Of a stretch of DNA of 64,000 bases, positions 60,095-64,000 are shown piece after piece. A program made the position numbers and the translations under genes. The DNA comes from an uncultured Actinomycetes bacterium (GTDB lineage Bacteria; Actinomycetota; UBA4738; HRBIN12), in NCBI GenBank assembly GCA_963810635.1, contig CAWEOB010000003.1:44736-108735 (forward strand). The letters run 5' to 3'. The notes under the pieces are model-generated. The model was not told the origin of the DNA, did not search any database, and was given only the letters and a program-made list of their open reading frames with translations. The first letter of the stretch is position 1; each line of letters begins with the position of its first letter.

Positions 60095-60884
60095 GTGCTC
60101 CGGATCGTGCGTGTGCTGGCGCCGAACCCCGGCGTGTACACCCTGGAAGGCACCAACACCTGGGTCCTCGGCGACGGATCCGGCTCTCGTGATCGACCCG
60201 GGACCGGCCGACGCCGGACACCTCGAGGAGGTGGCGCGCACCGCTGGCCGGGTGGCCGCCGTCCTCGTCACGCACGACCACGAGGATCATGCCGAGGCGC
60301 GCGCTCCGGTTCGGTGCGAACGTCAGGCGCGCCGGTCCACGCCTGGCGACTGGATGGTGCCGAGCCCCTCGCCGATGGCCAGCGGTTCGTGGCGGGCGAT
60401 GCCGACGTCGTCGCCGTGCACACGCCGGGCCACAGCGCCGACCACATGGCCTTCTCCATCCCTTCGGAGCGGGCGCTCGTCACCGGTGACGCCGTGCTCG
60501 GCCGCGGGACGAGCTTCGTCGATCCGCCCGACGGCGACCTCGTGGCCTATCTCTCGTCGCTCGAGCGGATGCTGCAGCTGGACCCGAGCACGATCCTCCC
60601 CGGGCATGGGCCGGTGGTGACGGATGCTCCCGCCAAGCTCCGGGAGTACCGGTCGCATCGGTTCGATCGTGAACGCCAGGTTGTGGACACCCTGCGGACC
60701 GGCCCCCTCACGGTGGACGAGCTGGTCGAGTCGATCTACCGGGATCCTCCCGCCCGGCGTGCGGCCGCTCGCCGCCCGGTCGGTCACCGCCCACCTCCTG
60801 AAGCTCCTGGGCGAGCATCGCGTGACGAAGCACGGGCGGGGGCGCGCGCAGACCTGGGCGCTCGCGGATCCGACCCCCGCGTAG
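60095..60884 (+). CDS. MBL-fold metallo-hydrolase; frameshifts near 60180, 60300 and 60745
   Basis: APNPG..TLEGTNTW, IDPGP, THDHEDH, TPGHSADH, GD, PGHG. Confidence 0.85.
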
Positions 60885-60885
60885 G

Positions 60886-61471
60886 TCATCCGGGCACGGC
60901 GCGCAGCCTCGGACGGACGACGTAGCGGCCGGGCCGCGCGACCGAGAGCCGGTCGCACGCGACCAGCGCGCGCAGAGCACGGTTGGCTGACTCGCGCGTG
61001 GTCCCGACGAGCGAGGCGACGTCGTCCTGGGTCATCCTCGGAAGGAGCGATCCCGCCCGACACGGGGCGGCCGATCCGCGAGGCGAGCTCGGTCAGCCGC
61101 ACCTCGATCCTGTCGCGGACCTCGAGCCACGCGAGCTGGCACGCGAGCGCGGTGATCCGCTCACGCCGCGCCGCCCGCGCCTCGGCGAGCTCACCGGACC
61201 CGGTGGGCCGGAGCCTCCCGGGCCCCAGCGACGTCACGGTCCACGCCGAGACGGCCCCGTCGCCGTCGCCCACCAGGTCGCCCGGCCCGAGGAGGTCGAG
61301 AACCAGCTCACGTCCACCGTCGTCGATGGCCCACATGCGCAGCAGCCCGGTCTCGACGATCCACGCCGACTCGGTGACCTCTCCTTGGCGCACGGGCGAC
61401 GTGCCCGCGCGCACGATCCGGAGGGGGAGTGGTTGGACGACGCCCACCTGGCGCTGGTTCACCGGCACCAC
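60886..61471 (-). CDS. Crp/Fnr family regulator with degenerate cNMP domain; frameshift near 61045; start uncertain
   Basis: IVETG...GRELVLDLLGPGD; HTH MTQDDVASLVGTTRESANRAL. Confidence 0.78.
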
Positions 61472-61580
61472 CCCGTCGGCGGACCCTAGCGACACCCACC
61501 GACATCCGCCGTAGCGCTGCGCCGTTCGCGACCGATAGGCTGTGCGCGGCAACCTTCGGAGACCCGAGAGAGGATCTGCC

Positions 61581-62012
61581 GTGGCCAAGAAGGACAAGGC
61601 GAAGGTCGAAGAGGTCCTGGCGATGGTGCCGATGTTCCGCGATCTGCCGCGGCGTCACCTCAGGAAGCTCGCGGGGCTCTGCGAGGTGGGTGAGTACATG
61701 GCCGACGCCTCGATCGTGAAGCAGGGGGAACCGGGCGACGCCTTCTACGTGCTGCTCTCCGGTCAAGCGAAGGTCACCGTGGGTCGGAGGTTCATCGCGC
61801 GGCTCCTCCCCGGGGACCACTTCGGTGAGATCGCCGTGCTCGACGGGGGCACACGGTCGGCGACCGTGAAGAGCGAGACGCCGATGACGCTCCTCATCCT
61901 CCGGAGGGCTGATCTGCTGCGAGCCCTGAAGGACGATGCCGAGTTGTCCATGCAGATGATGGTGGAGCTCGCCAAGATGTTCCGCCGTCTGAGCAGCAGC
62001 AATACCCAGTGA
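61581..62012 (+). CDS. Stand-alone cyclic nucleotide-binding domain protein
   Basis: VPMF, QGEPGDAFY, GDHFGEIAVLDGGTRSATV; GAGAGGA RBS. Confidence 0.9.
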   Translation: MAKKDKAKVEEVLAMVPMFRDLPRRHLRKLAGLCEVGEYMADASIVKQGEPGDAFYVLLSGQAKVTVGRRFIARLLPGDHFGEIAVLDGGTRSATVKSETPMTLLILRRADLLRALKDDAELSMQMMVELAKMFRRLSSSNTQ

Positions 62013-62383
62013 TGCGGATCGAATGCTTCCGTCCCGACGATGAGGAGAAACGCATGGTCGCCGTGGCGACGTGGGACGGCCACGATGTCACCGTGACCGC
62101 CGACGATGACGAGGTCCGCGCGGCGATCGCGCACGCGTTCCGGCGCACGCCCGTCGCCGTCGACGACGCCGCCTATCGGCGGCTGGGCGCGAGCGGCACG
62201 GTGATCCTCCAGCCGGGTGACCTCGAGTGGTTCCGCGCGGCCGCCTACGATCGCATCCCGAAGGAGACCGGGCTCGGCGTCCGCTCCGTGGTGGAGCGGG
62301 TCGAGGGTGGCTACGATCCGGCCGCGAACTACCGCCCGTTCGTGGAGCAGATGGATCGGATCGACGCCCGCCGACGCGGCTGA
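62012..62383 (+). CDS. Hypothetical protein
   Basis: Translationally coupled to the cNMP gene; high-GC codon pattern. Confidence 0.6.
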   Translation: MRIECFRPDDEEKRMVAVATWDGHDVTVTADDDEVRAAIAHAFRRTPVAVDDAAYRRLGASGTVILQPGDLEWFRAAAYDRIPKETGLGVRSVVERVEGGYDPAANYRPFVEQMDRIDARRRG

Positions 62384-62385
62384 GC

Positions 62386-64000
62386 TCAACCGTTCTCGGC
62401 GAGCCACGCCTTCCCCGCGTCGCAGAACCCACGGAAGTCGCAGAACGAGCACCAGGCCCCCGGCGTGGGATCGAACGCGCCGGCATCGATCGAGGCGAGC
62501 GACGCCTCGAGTCTGGAGCGCACCAGGGCGGGATCGTCCATCGGACGCGATGCGGCCTCGCCTTTCGCCAGGTAGAAGTACGTGAGCGTGACGTCCTCGG
62601 GGCGCTTGCCCCAGATCTCGGTGCACGCCAAGCCGTACAGGTCGAGCTGGAGCGGATCGGCGACGCCCATCCCGGTCTTCCAGTCCACGACCTCCCACGG
62701 ACCGTCGGCGTCGCCGTAGATCGCGTCGATCCGGCCGCCCACCGTGAACGCGCCCGCCCGCAGCAGGAACGCGCGCTCGGCGAACAGCGGCACGGCATCG
62801 GCGTAGCGGGAGACCAGGAATGCCTCCCGCAACCGCTCCACGCGACCCGGATCGCCGGCGAGCTCCTCCTGGGTGAGGTCGACGGGGTCGTCGATCTCCA
62901 CGAGCTGACCCTGCCCGCTGGCGCGGCGCTCGATCCAGCGGTGGATCTCGGTGCCGATGCGGGCCGCCGGCCCGCTGAACCGCGGGAGCGGCCGGACCGC
63001 CGTCCAGTAGAAACGCTTGGGGCAGCGGGCGTGGTCCACGAGCGCGCTCGCCGACAGGACGGTGGGGACCCGCGGCCCGGCGTCGGTGCCGTCCGCCGAC
63101 TCGCGTTCGAGCAGATGGACGGCGAGCTGGCGCTGGTCGGCGACGAGGGCGTCGTACGCGAGGCGGTCGTCGCCGACCAGCGCGTCGACCAGCTGGGTCT
63201 GCACGCCGCCACCGGCCGCCGCCTCGGCGGCCGCCGCACGCCATCCCAGCGGGAAGGTCTCGTCCGCCTCGTCGCGCCGCGCCGGTCCCGGCCAATCGCG
63301 GACCCGTTCCAGCCGGTAGCCGAGCATCGGGTTCTGCTCGTCGCCGGAACCGTCGTCCTCGGCGATCTCCAGGACGGCGTCGCCCGTCTCCTCGCCCCAT
63401 GTCCTCAGCTCCTGGAAGAAGCCGCTCGCGCCCTTCGCGTTGATGAGCTCGCCGTACCAGGTCGCCGCGCTCACCCAGAGCGTCCGGCGCGCCCGCGTGA
63501 GCGCCACGTACATGGTGCGCCGCTCCTCGATGACCTCCTGGCGCTGCAGGTCGGTCTTGAAGTGCGAGAGCACGCCGTCGAACGTGGGGAGGACGGCCGC
63601 ATCGCCGCGGAGCTCGAAGTCGAGCGAGTAGCCGCGCTCGGCCGGGTTCTGCTGGATCCGCTTCGATGGCATGAGGCCGGTGGCGACGCCGGGCACGAAG
63701 ACGTGGTCGAACTCGAGGCCCTTCGCCTGGTGGATGGTCATGATCTTCACGGCGTCCTCGTCCGAGGGCTGCACGGTCTCCCAGTCCTCGCGCTCGAGCG
63801 CGATCACGTCGTCGATGTAGTCGAGGAACACGCGGAGCGTGAGCTCGCCCTCGATGGGCTCGAACGCATGGACCTGGTCGAGGAACGCCGCGAGGTTCCG
63901 GGTCCGTTGGGTCGCAGCGGCACGGTCGACCTCGGCGTCGAGCTCGTCGAGGATGCCGGTCCGGCGCAAGAGTTCCCCCATGAAGTCACCCACCGGCCGG
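62386..64000 (-). CDS. AdnB/AddA-like UvrD helicase with PD-(D/E)XK nuclease, C-terminal part only
   Basis: MTIHQAKGLEF, EERRTMYVALTRAR, GRIDA, VDWKTG, QLDLY, Fe-S Cys CPKR...CSFC...C. Confidence 0.9.
   Translation of the reverse strand, partial: RPVGDFMGELLRRTGILDELDAEVDRAAATQRTRNLAAFLDQVHAFEPIEGELTLRVFLDYIDDVIALEREDWETVQPSDEDAVKIMTIHQAKGLEFDHVFVPGVATGLMPSKRIQQNPAERGYSLDFELRGDAAVLPTFDGVLSHFKTDLQRQEVIEERRTMYVALTRARRTLWVSAATWYGELINAKGASGFFQELRTWGEETGDAVLEIAEDDGSGDEQNPMLGYRLERVRDWPGPARRDEADETFPLGWRAAAAEAAAGGGVQTQLVDALVGDDRLAYDALVADQRQLAVHLLERESADGTDAGPRVPTVLSASALVDHARCPKRFYWTAVRPLPRFSGPAARIGTEIHRWIERRASGQGQLVEIDDPVDLTQEELAGDPGRVERLREAFLVSRYADAVPLFAERAFLLRAGAFTVGGRIDAIYGDADGPWEVVDWKTGMGVADPLQLDLYGLACTEIWGKRPEDVTLTYFYLAKGEAASRPMDDPALVRSRLEASLASIDAGAFDPTPGAWCSFCDFRGFCDAGKAWLAENG

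Noticed and set aside
1-64000. CRISPR array, IS element, prophage or defence island
   Set aside because: No regularly spaced repeats, transposase, integrase or phage genes seen; the MazG-like, HIT and ADP-ribosylhydrolase genes sit in housekeeping contexts

Overview
High-GC (~70%) chromosomal segment from what looks like a deep-branching Actinomycetota genome (WhiB protein, PASTA-domain PBP1a, DUF2630, many leaderless TAnnnT promoters, large Alu-type SRP RNA). It is mostly core genome; I see no integrase, transposase, prophage or CRISPR array. In order: the 3' part of a group 3b [NiFe]-hydrogenase operon with its protease and hypFCDE; tadA; two tRNA-Ser genes flanking two SGNH-type paralogues; an HtrA-like protease; GNATs; ffs-dnaX-recR; an ECF sigma/DUF4349 pair; lysC...asd; a five-gene lipid operon (fatty acyl-CoA reductase-HAD fusion, Zn-dehydrogenase, LarA-like protein, acyltransferase, TetR) with a palindromic operator over its promoter; stand-alone rpsD; a glutaredoxin-thioredoxin reductase fusion; an ECF/ZAS pair; an NlpC/P60 hydrolase; the tRNA-Pro-PBP1a-whiB-ridA locus; selAB; a Dpp/Opp ABC transporter; an orphan nuoD near an NDUFAF7-like methyltransferase; archaeal-type proS; NUDIX, MBL and a degenerate Crp; and the end of an AdnB-like helicase-nuclease. 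About 18 single-base frameshifts, including in dnaX and selA, are most simply read as long-read errors. The best candidate for an undescribed system is the operon at 27254-33928, a possible ether-lipid or fatty-alcohol lipid pathway. All calls are from motif recognition by eye, with no database searches.
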